Below, piece by piece: positions 35,578-47,299 of a stretch of 64,000 nt of DNA. The notes beneath the pieces are model-generated. The model did no database searches. It saw only the letters and a program-made list of their open reading frames with translations, and was not told the origin of the DNA. Both the position numbers and the translations under genes were made by a program. The stretch is from Cyanidioschyzon merolae (taxonomy: Eukaryota), in NCBI GenBank assembly GCA_000091205.1, contig AP006492.2, one strand, 5' to 3'. Numbering within the stretch: position 1 is the first letter of the stretch; every line of letters starts with the position of its first letter.

Positions 35578-37128
35578 TCAAGTGTCGCTCTCCAGCATGG
35601 CCAGGGCACGCGCCGATTCCTCCGCTTGCTCTGGTGTCGTCGGGTAAACGGATCTCAGAGTGTGCGAAATGCCGCTTGTCGAAACCATGCAGGGAACTTG
35701 AAACAGGAACGTCATCGTGTTTGTAATGAGGTTCGCATCTTCGATGAAAGCTATCCGAGCGGGACTCGCTCCAGCGCTCCACAAGCGCACCGAGAGACGG
35801 ACTGCGACGCGGTCACCACGGACGCCAGCAATACTCGAACGCATCTCCAGAATGCTGCCCACGGGAATCGGTCGATGGAAGTCGATATCGCCGATAGCGA
35901 CGAGGCGGGGTACAATACTAAGGCCGGCGTCCTGGCGAGCGCTCTCTTTCGAGACGGTCAGCGACATGGAAGCGTGCTGAAGCACGGTCAAATATGCGAG
36001 CTCGAAAGACCATAAAAGCACCGTGCCTCCAAACATGAAACCGAACAAGTTCCGAACATCGGGCTGTACGATATGCATCGTGCGCATCGTGGTCTCGTCG
36101 ATAGAGACGGAGTTCGCGCTCGATTTTGGTGCTACTGTCGATGAGTCCAAGCGCGCCTTCTCAGATTGACCAGATGCACTGGCATGTTCTGACAAGCTCT
36201 CCCTGCTCGACTGGTGTGATGTGGACGCAGCCAGGCCAGCGTGACGGTGCTGTTGGAGCCGGCTTTTGCGGCGTTCTGTGGCCAACTTTTCTCCACGGGC
36301 GAACGCCTCACGGTCAGCAGCTGTTGCCAGCAGCAGGCCGGGTACCGGGATGGACTTGTTTCCGGAAGCGTCTCGAGCGACGAATACGAACACGGCCTCG
36401 AGGAATGGCGTGCTGTCCCTATCCGCCCGAGCGACTTCACAGGAAATCGTCATAGAAGTGTTTCCAACATGGAACAGATGACCGTTGTACAGGAGGTCGA
36501 AATGGATAGCGGACCAAGGCGGAGCACTGCGGGCTGGTTTCACGGATTCTGTCGAGATTCCTGTCGGCTCTGACTGATGGTGCTGTAAAATGCGGATTTT
36601 GTCGACACAAGCGGTTACCGTGTTGATATCTGGCAGTGCCACATGCCGCAGGGCGATAGAGCCAGCCAGCGCATCGAGGTCTTCGAGCACTCGACCGATT
36701 CGAAGGCTACCCCACGCATTCGTATAAAACGAGCGCAGTGCTGGCGACGTGGACAGCTGCAGGCGCGTGTGCAGGCGCTGCGGGTGCCGCTGGGCCCGCC
36801 CCAGAGCACCAACTGGACTGCTCGGTTGTGTTGCGGTCTGCACCGGGTGCGCGTCGTCGCTCCCTAGCCCAAGAATGCGCTCATTATCCAGGAATTCTGA
36901 CACAGAGCCGGCGTTATAGAGCGGAAAGGCAACAGCTCGGGCCGTGATGGCGTCTTGCATTCTGGGGTGGTACGCGCAACGCTGCTGGTACAGTGTCGAG
37001 CGCGCACACGACCGCAGGACGTGCGCACCAGCTGACGTCAACACGGTGCGCGCTGCGTCAGAGCGGCAGTCCACACAAAGCACGCAAGATATTCGGGCAA
37101 CCGTCTGTAAGCGCTTCACTGAAAGCAT
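35578..37128 (-). CDS. Acyl-CoA thioesterase with tandem hotdog domains (ACOT9-like, probably mitochondrial).
   Basis: C-terminal hotdog domain: IVQPDVRNLFGFMFGGTVLLWSFELAYLTV...IGDIDFHRPIPVGSILEMRSSIAGV. An N-terminal hotdog-like region is also present. 516 aa. Confidence 0.65.
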   Translation of the reverse strand: MLSVKRLQTVARISCVLCVDCRSDAARTVLTSAGAHVLRSCARSTLYQQRCAYHPRMQDAITARAVAFPLYNAGSVSEFLDNERILGLGSDDAHPVQTATQPSSPVGALGRAQRHPQRLHTRLQLSTSPALRSFYTNAWGSLRIGRVLEDLDALAGSIALRHVALPDINTVTACVDKIRILQHHQSEPTGISTESVKPARSAPPWSAIHFDLLYNGHLFHVGNTSMTISCEVARADRDSTPFLEAVFVFVARDASGNKSIPVPGLLLATAADREAFARGEKLATERRKSRLQQHRHAGLAASTSHQSSRESLSEHASASGQSEKARLDSSTVAPKSSANSVSIDETTMRTMHIVQPDVRNLFGFMFGGTVLLWSFELAYLTVLQHASMSLTVSKESARQDAGLSIVPRLVAIGDIDFHRPIPVGSILEMRSSIAGVRGDRVAVRLSVRLWSAGASPARIAFIEDANLITNTMTFLFQVPCMVSTSGISHTLRSVYPTTPEQAEESARALAMLESDT

Positions 37129-37153
37129 TTTCTCAGCAAGACTGGCAAAAGAA

Positions 37154-37225
37154 AGGAGGCAGTCGGATTTGAACCAACGACCTATCGGACTGCAGCCGAT
37201 TGCTCTACCACTGAGCTATACCTCC
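37154..37225 (-). tRNA. tRNA-Cys (GCA).
   Basis: The reverse complement of 37155..37225 is GGAGGTATAGCTCAGTGGTAGAGCAATCGGCTGCAGTCCGATAGGTCGTTGGTTCAAATCCGACTGCCTCC. It has a 7-bp acceptor stem, a D-arm AGCTCAGTGGTAGAGC, and an anticodon stem ATCGG/CCGAT with loop CTGCAGT (anticodon GCA). The T-arm is GGTTCAAATCC. Confidence 0.9.
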
Positions 37226-37645
37226 TGAGCGGCTTGCGTGAAAATGAGCACAAATTTCTATATAAATACGTGTTCGACGTTGATCGCATCCGCGGCGCAG
37301 CCGCGAATCCCCGCTGGCGCACGCGATCCGCTGCAGGTGCTCGGCGCGTGGCGGCGCGCTGCGCCATCCCTTTGACAAAGCGAAGAAGCGACCTTGGACC
37401 CGAGCGTGCGATAATGATCAAGTTTCATGGGGGAACGCAAAGCGGTACGGTGCGCGCTTGCAACTGCCGTGGCGGTTTCGCTTGGAAAGTGAGCTCTGAG
37501 TCATAGGTGCTCCTCATGTTGTTTCCCTGCGCATGGCGTCGAGCATGAAGAAGCGTGGATAGATTTTTTAGTTTGATTTATGCGCGCAGCGAGACCTGGA
37601 CGCATAAAGATGCGCCCTCCTTCCTGAATGCAATGCAGGGCCGAA

Positions 37646-38332
37646 TCATACACCTCGTATCTGGAGTCGGGAGCCCCCTGCATCGAGACGATGGCGCATG
37701 GATCGGGTCGCTTCCAGCGTTGTGATGACCAAGACAAGCAATTTCAGCAGTGCAGCGTAGAGCAGATGACGCGCGGCCCTTCTCTGAATACTCAAATCCT
37801 GCTGACGCAACCACCACGAGAGGCTTTGTTTGCTGCGAATGTGCAGGACGGCTCGGTACAAGCTCTGAATTTCATTCATCATGTGTTCGAGGTGCTCTTG
37901 TTTCGCTGCAGCTTCCAGTTCTTTCAGAGATCTCTCGGAATTCGTGCGCTCCCCGAGACCGCTGAAGACGGACTGCCATTCAAATCGCAACAGAACCACA
38001 CTAGCTGAGCTTTCTTCGATCCTGCTCAGGCAGAATGCATACGTTCCCGCCTCCGCTACTCTGATATCGAATCTTCCTTCCGGCTCTGAGGTCTCGAAAA
38101 GCGGAACCCCTCTATGTGATATCACGCGAACAGAGACGGGTTTCTTATCGCTCGTAGTGACCAGAAAGCTACCCACAAGTGAGTCGCCTTCCAATACGTC
38201 CTCGTAAAAGCACTCGGGGGACGCCTCAGAAAGCTCTACAAGGTATGCACGGCAGCCAGCAGCGATAAGAAATAACAGCTGAAAAGCGCAACAGACGAGC
38301 ACGAGACGTGATCGGCGCATAGGCAGCACCAC
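37646..38332 (-). CDS. p24/emp24/TMED-family cargo receptor (GOLD domain), putative.
   Basis: Signal peptide, followed by a GOLD-domain-like segment CFYEDV...GSFLVTT...VRVISHRGVPLFETSEPEGRFDIRVAEAGTYAFCL, then a coiled-coil segment and a C-terminal hydrophobic stretch. The C-terminal tail is atypical. Confidence 0.5.
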   Translation of the reverse strand: MVLPMRRSRLVLVCCAFQLLFLIAAGCRAYLVELSEASPECFYEDVLEGDSLVGSFLVTTSDKKPVSVRVISHRGVPLFETSEPEGRFDIRVAEAGTYAFCLSRIEESSASVVLLRFEWQSVFSGLGERTNSERSLKELEAAAKQEHLEHMMNEIQSLYRAVLHIRSKQSLSWWLRQQDLSIQRRAARHLLYAALLKLLVLVITTLEATRSMRHRLDAGGSRLQIRGV

Positions 38333-39688
38333 AGCTATCTAGACGCGCCGCTCAAGCGGTTTTGCTGATGCACGAACGACGCAGCCGATTGTTGTCCGCT
38401 ACCGGTCGGACGTTTTTTGTGAACAACGCCTGGTGGCAACCGAAGAACCCCGTACCTAGCACTCGTGAATGCGTCTGGCGTGCGTGCGCGCGCAGTGCAG
38501 GGCGTCGCGTTCGCCGTCCGGTGCGCGTGTCCGCAACGGCGACGGCGGGTACGACGGGATCACCCTAGTCACCGCACGTCGTTGTGGAACGCATACCGGC
38601 CATATCGTTTCTACGACAGCCCGAAGAACTTTTTTCCCTGTTTCAAGTAGAAAAATGGTCAGGTGTTTCCTTATCAGCAATGCAACGACCGGGTTATCGA
38701 CTAGGTCTCCGGGCTATGGACTGCGTCGTCCGTTTTCGATTAGGTAGGGCATCGCGCATGATTGCACGCAGAGCGCCGGGCTCGAAAAGCTCGATGCCCA
38801 GGATCCGAAACAAGTTCTTTTATTGCCGTGGATGCAACTGCTCCGTAACCTTCCCCGTGAGTGGGATACGGCAATGTGTCCGTGCAGGCCGTGGGTCGCC
38901 CGATGAAATGCCCATGATTTGTGGATCGCTCTCTACCCTGGCGTTTCATTGAAAGCGTCGAAGATCGTTGGCAACGACAAACCACGCACATCCACGACCG
39001 CACTTGACGGCAGCAAGCGAAGCGAGTCGACGGCTGCTCCACGTCATACTGGCGCCTTCTATCGAGATTCTCGCTCCTGCAATACTTGAACTCTTTCGCG
39101 CTCTGTTTCGTTGATGTTCTGGACGGATGCGGCGATGGGTGGACCACGCTGTCACCGTGCCCCCTGCTGCCTGCTCCATGAAACTGTGTTCGCGATGAAA
39201 TCCCCCTGCGAGCGGCGAGCCCGTGGTAGCATCTCGAGCGAGAGCTCGCCCCAGGCTTCCATATTCACGCACCGTATTCGGGACGTCCGTGGATCCACTG
39301 CCAGCAACAGCATGCAGATACGGGACATTCGGGGACGGTTGCCTCTCGATAGACCAGCTCTCGTCGACGTGTGCAGCGCAGCGGGTACGCGAACGGGTGC
39401 GATACCCGCGCCTAATCTCAGGTGCACTTGCGCGCGCGCTCTCTGCAGAGAATAGGCTGTTTCGCAGGGCGCCTTGTCAGAAGCGACCTCACTGTCTAGT
39501 TCAAAGGCTTGGATGCAGTTCTTTCTGTTTTGGTCACCTGGTCAAACGGTTTCCAATATCGGAGCTCTCTGAGGATAAACAGTCAGTAGTGATCCTTTTC
39601 GACGGAGCGCAGACGTGGCTGGAGGCGACGGGTTCCTTCGGGTGCAGCGCTCGGCGACGTTGCCTCGCGAAAAACTCTTTGAAACAGT

Positions 39689-39928
39689 ATGCCGCTTTCC
39701 ATCGGATCGCTGCTCCTTTCCTTCTTGCTTTGCACAAATGCGATCGTTGTGTTGAACGAGGAGAGGTTCCTCTCACGTGTGGGTTGGCAGCGGGCGCAAC
39801 CTAACGAGGCTCGGGAGACCCTCAAGGGGCGTCTCGTCGCACTGCTGTACGCAGTGCAGATGCTTCTCCCGATCCCACTCATCTTAGCGAATACCGTAGC
39901 AGTCACGTTGTTGCTATTGTTCGGATAA
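39689..39928 (+). CDS. YOS1: Yos1/IER3IP1-like small ER membrane protein.
   Basis: 79 aa: MPLSIGSLLLSFLLCTNAIVVLNEERFLSRVGWQ...LILANTVAVTLLLLFG. It matches the conserved IER3IP1 pattern (LLCVNAIAVLHEERFL..IGW...VPLIIVNSIAIVLLLLFG). Confidence 0.75.
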   Translation: MPLSIGSLLLSFLLCTNAIVVLNEERFLSRVGWQRAQPNEARETLKGRLVALLYAVQMLLPIPLILANTVAVTLLLLFG

Positions 39929-40356
39929 AGACTCCGGAGCATACCTGGCCTGCTACCGTTGACGACGAATCTGTCCGGAATAGAGGTGATTTACCAGTAC
40001 CCACAAACCCTGGTACTAGGTTTTGCGTGCTTTGCGACATGTTGCTGTCGTCTACCGTTTGATTCCAAGTTATCTGCTTTAGACGAAAAGCATGGTATGT
40101 CCTACGCTTGGTGACAGCCCTGTCCCGCTTGAGCCCCTTGAGCATCTGTGCCGGCCTTGGCCAGCATCTACGACCATGATTTCGCGGTCAGTGTTACAGG
40201 CTCGTTACGACTCAACTCCCCGGTGCAGAAAACTTCGCAGAGGTATGGACGCTCGCGGCGGACGTTAGCAAACTGAGCAAGGCGTCCGCCGTACAGATCC
40301 GGTGCCTGCACGACTCGTAACCTAAACATAGATCGATTCTTCACGTGATGCGCTGT

Positions 40357-41226
40357 CTATGCTTTTGCCTTCGGATAATACGCCAAGAGACGATCCATGT
40401 CCGTCGAAAACGTACGCAGCCATTTGCGAACCGCATCAGTTTTGCGTGGTGTTCGACGGCCTTGGTTGCCACGTATACGCGCCGCCGTCTCTAACTCGCT
40501 AAGGTCCTGAAGTATGTTCCGCACCAGACGATCCGTGCGTTTCTGTACCTCTTCATCGAAGTTCGTATCGGCAACAACGTTAAGCACGTTTCGCAAAGTG
40601 TCGTACCGAAATACCCGCTCAAGCTCTCCAAGCACGTCGTAGGTGTCAGGGGCTGCCTCGAACTTTGCACTTATGTCGCTGACAGCCTGCCGATACTCAC
40701 GCAACGCAGCCAGCTGCTTTTGGACACGAGCCACGTCCTGTTCGGAAAGAGGCGGCGCCTCAAACTGCTCCTCAACGTTGTAACCAGGCTTTGGGTACAG
40801 CTTCTTCGTCAGCGCTGTACCTGCAGCCGCGTTGCACGCGCGCGGGGCCAGGCTACCCGCAACTGCGACGGTGAGCCACGTGAGCAGCGCTCGTCGCGTG
40901 ACGTCACCACCCGGAACCGTCGCTTTGAGCGTGCTGAACGTGTTTCGGGCACAGCTGGTCCGAAATTGGGGTATGTTGCGAAGTCCTCGTTGAGTAAGGT
41001 TTAGACGTAGGCAATGTGTAAACATTTCACCCGAGACGCTTGTACCTGCGCGGGGAGCGCCAGCAGCAAAGCAGGGACGCGTACGACGCGCCGCATTGGC
41101 GACCCCAGCCGCTGGAGCCGTGCGCTCCGCGCGAGCAGCGCCACTCACGTGCGCTCCGCGCCTCCGTTCAGGGGCGTGCAGCGCTGCCAGCATCTCTGAC
41201 AATGCACACGGGGGAAGCGTTTGCAC
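40357..41226 (-). CDS. Hypothetical protein with an RR-motif (TAT-like/thylakoid-lumen-type) N-terminal signal followed by a helical domain.
   Basis: The segment ...DVTRRALLTWLTVAVAGSLAPRACNAAAG has a twin Arg followed by a hydrophobic h-region and an AxA-like site. The C-terminal about 150 aa are predicted helical. No firm family assignment (a PsbQ-like fold was considered and not supported). Confidence 0.35.
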   Translation of the reverse strand: MQTLPPCALSEMLAALHAPERRRGAHVSGAARAERTAPAAGVANAARRTRPCFAAGAPRAGTSVSGEMFTHCLRLNLTQRGLRNIPQFRTSCARNTFSTLKATVPGGDVTRRALLTWLTVAVAGSLAPRACNAAAGTALTKKLYPKPGYNVEEQFEAPPLSEQDVARVQKQLAALREYRQAVSDISAKFEAAPDTYDVLGELERVFRYDTLRNVLNVVADTNFDEEVQKRTDRLVRNILQDLSELETAARIRGNQGRRTPRKTDAVRKWLRTFSTDMDRLLAYYPKAKA

Positions 41227-41691
41227 GCAGAGACTCTACACGGCGTACGGTATGCTCAGGTTAGGAACAAAGCAAGCACCGCGGAGACGGAGGTATGCTT
41301 GTGTGACGTGATTCGTCAATGGGTGCGCTTAAGTGACGAGTATCGGGAAAGCGACAAGTTCTGCAAGGAAACGCAACCCTACAAAAGAACTGTACGCCCT
41401 GCCTGCAAGTTTCGTTCTTCTTTAGGGACTCCCTGACGTTTCTTCCACGAATTGCTGTGCTAGTTCGTCGAACTCTGTCTCCGGCAGCGCTCTTAGAGTG
41501 TTTGCGGGAACGCAGCTGTCTGCGATAGTGCTGGACAAACGCGCAGGTGCCAGTAGAGCCAGTGTCCACCGAAAGCTCCGTGTGTCCTCGTATAGGAATT
41601 CTAGGACTGGCCAATTGATTCTGATAGTGGTTGTCTGGTTCATGAAGAACGACCGAATAAAAGCAAGCGGATCAGTTGCTGACATTTCGTG

Positions 41692-43506
41692 AAAAATGTC
41701 CTCAGTTATATCGATTAATGAAACGAGATTATTGTTCAGCAACTGCGTGGGAATACCATGCCTCGCGTGTCTATCCACACCGCTTCGTCCGCTCTAGATT
41801 GCCGAACGTGCCATACCAGTGACCGGCCTCGGGCAGCAATCCAATGCCTTGTCTCTGGGTCACTGGTTCTGCTCATCGAGAGTGCTCAGCGCCTCAGGGC
41901 AGTGCTCAAACCCAGTCCCAGACGAACTGATCGAATGTTCGCTCGACCCACAGCCGCTGGACGCCCCGGGAGCACGGAACATTGCCGGATGCTGATCGAC
42001 AGGTTCATGTCTCGGTACAGAAAAGTGCTTGCGCGCCTGGTTGCTGGTGCAGTTCCAAGGTGGCAAGCCTCTCGCCTTCGATTGCCTCGCCATCTGGCGT
42101 TCGGCCAGCATACCGCACACGGTATCGTGCATCCGACGCTGGTCCCGGCTCGTGTGCTCTACCGGTTTCAGCATGCATATGTTCTAGTCAGGCGCGTACG
42201 TCGTCATGAGGGCGTCAGTGAACGACCTTCGAAATCGATGCCTGCACTCACTTGAAGCGCTCTTCGACGGGGCACTGGAGCAACCGATGTTTGCTGGAGG
42301 ATGTTCATCGCGGTGGGCTACCACTCAACGACGCGACTTGCCGGTCGTTCCCTTTCCACAACCGCTGGACTAGGTGCCGAGTGCAAGACTACCGGCCTCC
42401 GCACAGACGAAACTGCAGGCTATCCGAGCACAGCGCCAGACACATCTGCCGTCGATTGTCTGTACAGGTCAGTCGCACGCTCGTGTGCTCTCTGAATGAC
42501 GCGCATAAACGCATCACCGTCTGCACAGTACAATACGACGCTGAGAGCGTCGCGATGCGCCCTGATGCCGTCATTCCACTTTGTGGTATGTCGCCTGGCG
42601 TCCATGATGCCCGGGCCCCGATGATGCCGCGCTCTGGAAGAATCCTGTCGCGGTGCCGATGGTGTCCCGAGCAGCCGCTGTGCTGCCGCACGAAGGTTTG
42701 ATCGAGAACGTCGAGGCGGGTAAGGACAGCTGGCTGCCGTGCGTACGGAACGCGCTCGAACAGCCGCTCGACGAGATGCGCTCCAGCGAGAGAGACGAGG
42801 GAAGCGCGAGCAAGTCGGCACACACGAAGCTTGAGGCCATCAGCGAATCTTTTCGTTTGGCCGTTGGTAGGCGACTGAACGGCTGCGTCACCACAAGCAC
42901 CGGTACTGCCGCCATTCAAGCTTGTCTCTTGTGTATGAAGTGCAGCTCGCGTCTCTCTGAATGCCGATACAAAGCTGTACCGGTTATTCCGAGAACAGTC
43001 TCATCCAGTGAGACGAAACCCCGTCCCTGCTGGAACCAGTGTTTGTGTTTCATGGGGAAGCTTAGCGAGCGAAGCTTAACGGGCGAGAGCTGCATACGGA
43101 AACATACTTCTTAGTACGAGTTCGTGTCTCTTCATCAATGCTCGTCTCAATAGAGCGGAAACTTCATATCCTGTCGCTTCTTTGACAAAACTGGTCAGCA
43201 AAAGTATGCTATAGAATGCGTTGTCGAGTGAGTGCGCAGCCGTATAGACAGCGTTTGCGAGGATCAGGGTAGGGTGCACGGCATCCGTTGCACGGACGAC
43301 GAGGACAGAGGATTCATCCGCCTACTGAGCGTAGAGTGACCGACTTGGACCAGTAATGTCGTTATCTCGCCAGCTAGCAGCGACAGCACAGAGTCTTTCC
43401 AGGACCGCTTCTCAAACCGAATAACACGTCCCGTTTGCTGAGTACCTGAAAGTAAAATAGTCTCAGATAATGTACTTGAACGTGTGTTCCGGAATTCTCT
43501 GATCTG
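41692..43506. repeat. Left arm of a large inverted repeat (about 1.8 kb), pairing with 48137..49951.
   Basis: ORFs in the two arms are mirror images: 41758..42255(+) vs 49388..49885(-), 42252..42701(+) vs 48942..49391(-), 42653..43114(+) vs 48529..48990(-), and 43076..43279(-) vs 48364..48567(+). Paired coordinates always sum to 91643, so there are no indels. Only a handful of amino-acid differences separate the arms. Confidence 0.9.
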
Positions 43507-43740
43507 GATACGGCGCTTCGAGGATGCAGTAGTTTCTTGGTCCATGCTTTGATCGTGCACCTGGAATCGAATCGCCCGGGTGAGCGACACGCCCCGCTCG
43601 ACCAGATTTCGTTTGCTTGGAGACGCTACAGGAGCCAGAGCCTCGTGCCCTGTGCGGTACAGGGCGGACTTGACGCTTGTTTCGCACGAGTTGAGCTTTA
43701 CGCTGACGAGCGAGCCACCGGCTTGCGTCGCTTAACAAGG

Positions 43741-44313
43741 ATGGGTGCGAACGCGTCCACTTTGCTGGACGACGATATAACAGAAATAGTGGCCTCGTCG
43801 TCTTTCTCGAAAGATGAAATCGAGCAACTGTATAGCCGCTTTCAAAAGCTAGACCGCAACGGATCCGGAACGATCGATGCTTCAGAGTTCCTGATGATTC
43901 CGGAGCTCGCCATGAACCCACTTGTGCCGCGTATTGTCCAGCTTTTTGACGGTGTTAACTTCAAAGAGTTTGTGCGGCTGCTCTCGGCGTTCGGAAAAAA
44001 CGCACCTCGGGAAGCACGGATTGACTTCTTGTTCCGCTTTTACGACGTTGATGGGGATGGGGTGGTCAGCGAAGCAGACGTCAACAGTATTTTTCGGTTG
44101 CTCGTTGGCGAAAACCTGGACGACGCCACCTTGCGACGAATCGTACGCCAGGCTATGCTGGACTTTGGCGCTGGCCTAGAAGCTCTGGATGGCGGAGACG
44201 AGAGCGAAGAGCTGAACGGCTGTAGCGTTCAGTGCCGACCGCTCACGAGAGAGGACTTCTGTCGAAAGCTTCAAAACGTCGAACTCGATCGCATTTTACA
44301 AATATCCGTTTAG
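43741..44313 (+). CDS. Calcineurin-B-like / CHP-type EF-hand protein (N-myristoylation motif MGANAS).
   Basis: Begins MGANASTLLDDD. The EF-hand loops are DRNGSGTIDASEF and DVDGDGVVSEADV. The arrangement and spacing resemble calcineurin B/CBL proteins. The ATG is at 43741, within the longer ORF 43537..44313. Confidence 0.7.
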   Translation: MGANASTLLDDDITEIVASSSFSKDEIEQLYSRFQKLDRNGSGTIDASEFLMIPELAMNPLVPRIVQLFDGVNFKEFVRLLSAFGKNAPREARIDFLFRFYDVDGDGVVSEADVNSIFRLLVGENLDDATLRRIVRQAMLDFGAGLEALDGGDESEELNGCSVQCRPLTREDFCRKLQNVELDRILQISV

Positions 44314-45144
44314 GACTTCATTCCGGTGACCGCATTCGCTATGCTTCGTCAATCGAGCAGGGCATGCACCCCCAGGAGCCGCCTACGTGGCTACGCCTCC
44401 CCGCTCATGCTCTCTTTTTCAAGGCGATATCATTGGTGACCAGGCGAGCTGGTGCGTGCCCAGTGGTGCGTATCCACGAATACAACGCGCGCTCTCTACA
44501 ACAGCGTCTAGCGGCAGCCTCGGTTGTGGTGCTTTCGGAGTCGGCGTGCGGCGTGCACGAGGCACTGTCACCCTTCAACAAGCTCAGTTTAGAGGAGCCT
44601 CACAGGTCTCTTGCGGGACCAAAGTTCAGAGCCGCAGTCTCGCGCACTGGAGGTCGCCTTCTCTCTCTGTGTGTGTATGTATGTGTGTGTGTGAGCGACG
44701 CACAGCGGCCTCGCGAAAGGACGCGAGACCCCGCTCTGCGTACATTTACCACAACGATGCGCCTTCCTCGACGAACGTACATAACATAGGGGCATGCTAG
44801 AGTCTCCAGCAGAGTCGTCCTCGCTTTACATTCCAAGGATGTGTACTGCCGTTACATCCATACGTGCGCAGCCGGTGATACCACAGCACGTCATCGTGCA
44901 CAGGCAGGCACACGAGCCGCTCTGTCTCGGGTCCGCAGCTGAGGCACTGTCGCCTCAGAGGTCCAACAGACGCGGATACCGTTCCGCAGCCGCAGAGCAG
45001 GTCGAGCGCCCCAGAGGCAGCGCAGCGGCAACTGCTCCGAGATGGAGCGCTCCTGATGATGCCCGCTACAGATCGACTGTTCAATAAATGAATGAATGGA
45101 ATGCCACCTGGTCGAAGATGTTGCCGAACGGTTCACTAATCCTG

Positions 45145-46821
45145 TCACGACGCTACGACAACTGGTACGGCCTCCGATGTGCAAGCGGTGTCAGTGCCTG
45201 CCCCAGTGCCTGCTCCAGTGCTTGCGTCCGCAACACGCCAACGCGCACGAATAACACTGTCCGCTGGGTATATCGTCGGCAAGTAGATGATCTCGTCGCT
45301 GTGCACGGTGCGCACCCGAGTCCAGTCCACAGTGGTCGCCAGCACCGCCAAATAGCACATCAAATGGTTGATCGCATAGTTCCGCCCGACACACATGTGC
45401 GGACCGCAGCCAAACGTCAGGAAATGCTTCCGGTACTTTTGCTCCTCCTGCCGCGGCGGCAGCATCCGCTCCGGATCGAAGCGTTCAGGTGACGGAAAGC
45501 CCTGCATGCACGCAGTCCAGAGACTCGGCACCACGAGCGCACCTCGCGGCACCTCGTAGCCGTTCGGCAGCTGCACCCGCTTGCTCGCAACCTGCGGAAC
45601 CATCACAGGCGGCGGCCGGAAGCGCAGCACCTCCAGAACGACCGCGCGCGTGTACACCATCTGCTCCAGCAGCTCGTAGGTGATCGGCTCGTCGTGCGGG
45701 CGCAGCCGCTGTTGCTCTTCGCGCACCCGCTGCAGCACGTCGGGTCGCTCGGCCACCAGCACAGTCGTCCATACCAGCGACGCTGTCGACGCATCCTGAG
45801 ACGCAAACAAAAAGTCCAGCATGGCGTCCGCCATCTCGTGGTCCGCGCTGTACTTGGGCGGCGCCCGGTTCTCGCGCTTCGCAGCTGCAACCTCCTCCAG
45901 CACGGACACCGTCCAAAAGTCCAGCAGGCACTGCGGCTCCGCCTCGGCGTCCTTCCGGAAACGCTCCTTCGACGCCCGTACACACGCAGTCAGGTCCCGT
46001 AGTACACGCTCCCGCGCCCGTATCGCACGCCACAGGCCCGTCCCAGGCAGCGCTAACGGGAACGAAAGAAAACCCTGCGTGATCAGCAGATAGTCCGCAC
46101 AGAAGCGCTCCCGATCGCGCAGGTACGGACCCACAAACACCGTCTGCGACGTCCGCAGATTCAGGTCGCGGATGCGCGGGCGCACCTCAAATGCTGCCGC
46201 GGTGCCGTCCGTGCCGCGCCCCGACAGCCACGCCGCCAGGTGCTCGCCAATCAGGCGCTCGTGGATGCTCACGTACATGCCTAGCGCCTTGGGCGTGAAC
46301 AGCCGCAGAAAAGACTGCCGCAGGAGCTTGTGCTCCTCGCCGCTCTTGAAGGCAATATTGTTCCGCCCGAGGATCCGCCAGCCGTTCGGGTGCAGTATCA
46401 TCTCAAACGCGTGCGGGCCGTTCTCGCTGAGCACGTACCGGCTGAGGTCCGTGTCCGTCACGAAAAGCACGAAGAAGCCCGCCAGCGCATTCCAGCTCAG
46501 GCCGCACGGGTTTAAGCGCCGCTGCCGCTCCCAGAACCCGTACGGCGACAGCACCATTTCCACGATGCTCCCGATGAGCGGAATCACAAACCGCGGGCCT
46601 GGGATTCGCCCGTAGCCCGCCCAGCGCCGCAGTCGCACCTGCTCTGCGATCGCGAGGCCGAGCACCAGCAGCGCAACGTACGCCAGCGCACGGCTGGCGG
46701 TACCCCAGCCGGCGATCCCCAGCGCAGCGTCCGCGCGGCGCAGGCAGTGCCGCGCCACCGATACCACCCACTCGGCTGCTGCCACAGGCGTCGAGCGCGT
46801 AAGCGAGGCCGTCTCAATCAT
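45145..46821 (-). CDS. Cytochrome P450, sterol C-22 desaturase-like (CYP710/CYP61 family).
   Basis: 558 aa. N-terminal membrane anchor, PERF-like PERFDPERM, and the haem-binding loop FLTFGCGPHMCVGRNYA. FLFASQDASTASLVWT closely resembles the CYP710/CYP61 I-helix region. There is a C-terminal (AGT)n-encoded Gly/Thr/Ala tail. Confidence 0.7.
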   Translation of the reverse strand: MIETASLTRSTPVAAAEWVVSVARHCLRRADAALGIAGWGTASRALAYVALLVLGLAIAEQVRLRRWAGYGRIPGPRFVIPLIGSIVEMVLSPYGFWERQRRLNPCGLSWNALAGFFVLFVTDTDLSRYVLSENGPHAFEMILHPNGWRILGRNNIAFKSGEEHKLLRQSFLRLFTPKALGMYVSIHERLIGEHLAAWLSGRGTDGTAAAFEVRPRIRDLNLRTSQTVFVGPYLRDRERFCADYLLITQGFLSFPLALPGTGLWRAIRARERVLRDLTACVRASKERFRKDAEAEPQCLLDFWTVSVLEEVAAAKRENRAPPKYSADHEMADAMLDFLFASQDASTASLVWTTVLVAERPDVLQRVREEQQRLRPHDEPITYELLEQMVYTRAVVLEVLRFRPPPVMVPQVASKRVQLPNGYEVPRGALVVPSLWTACMQGFPSPERFDPERMLPPRQEEQKYRKHFLTFGCGPHMCVGRNYAINHLMCYLAVLATTVDWTRVRTVHSDEIIYLPTIYPADSVIRARWRVADASTGAGTGAGTDTACTSEAVPVVVAS

Positions 46822-47299
46822 TGCTGTCGCAGCTGCGCTCGATGCTCAAGCACGCGCACGCGCCAGCGAGTACGGCCGCGATCGCGAACGCGAACGCGTG
46901 TGTCTACGACTAGGAGGCGCGCGCCCGTGTGCTTCAGCAGCGTACGCGCCTTTGGACAGCAGCAAACGCTGACCGGTCCCGCTCAAGCGCTGCGCGTTTC
47001 GCCAAAACGTATACACAAACGGCACGCACTTGGTTCACGAGCAAAGCGCTCTGCTCGGTGCCGCTCCAAAATAGTCTCCAGCAACCTCTCGGGGGCGTCT
47101 GCGCCCCAGCACGGCACGCGCAGCTCAGCAACGCCTCGCTCGACGGGGTCTCGCTCAGCCTACCGAGTTCAAGCACGGCTTAGACTAGCCTTGCCCTTGC
47201 TGTGATTCAGTCCTTGCTTTCCCTCGCCGCACTAGACTCAGACTCGTGCGGCACAGCTGCGCACCGTCACGCCGGGTCAAGCGCGCTCGATCGTGTCAG

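Noticed and set aside
41758-43114. ORFs within the inverted-repeat arms as transposase candidates (a bacterial-style composite transposon).
   Set aside because: No DDE or Tnp motifs were recognised. The arms carry only short unrecognisable ORFs. The structure is better described as an inverted duplication of unknown origin.
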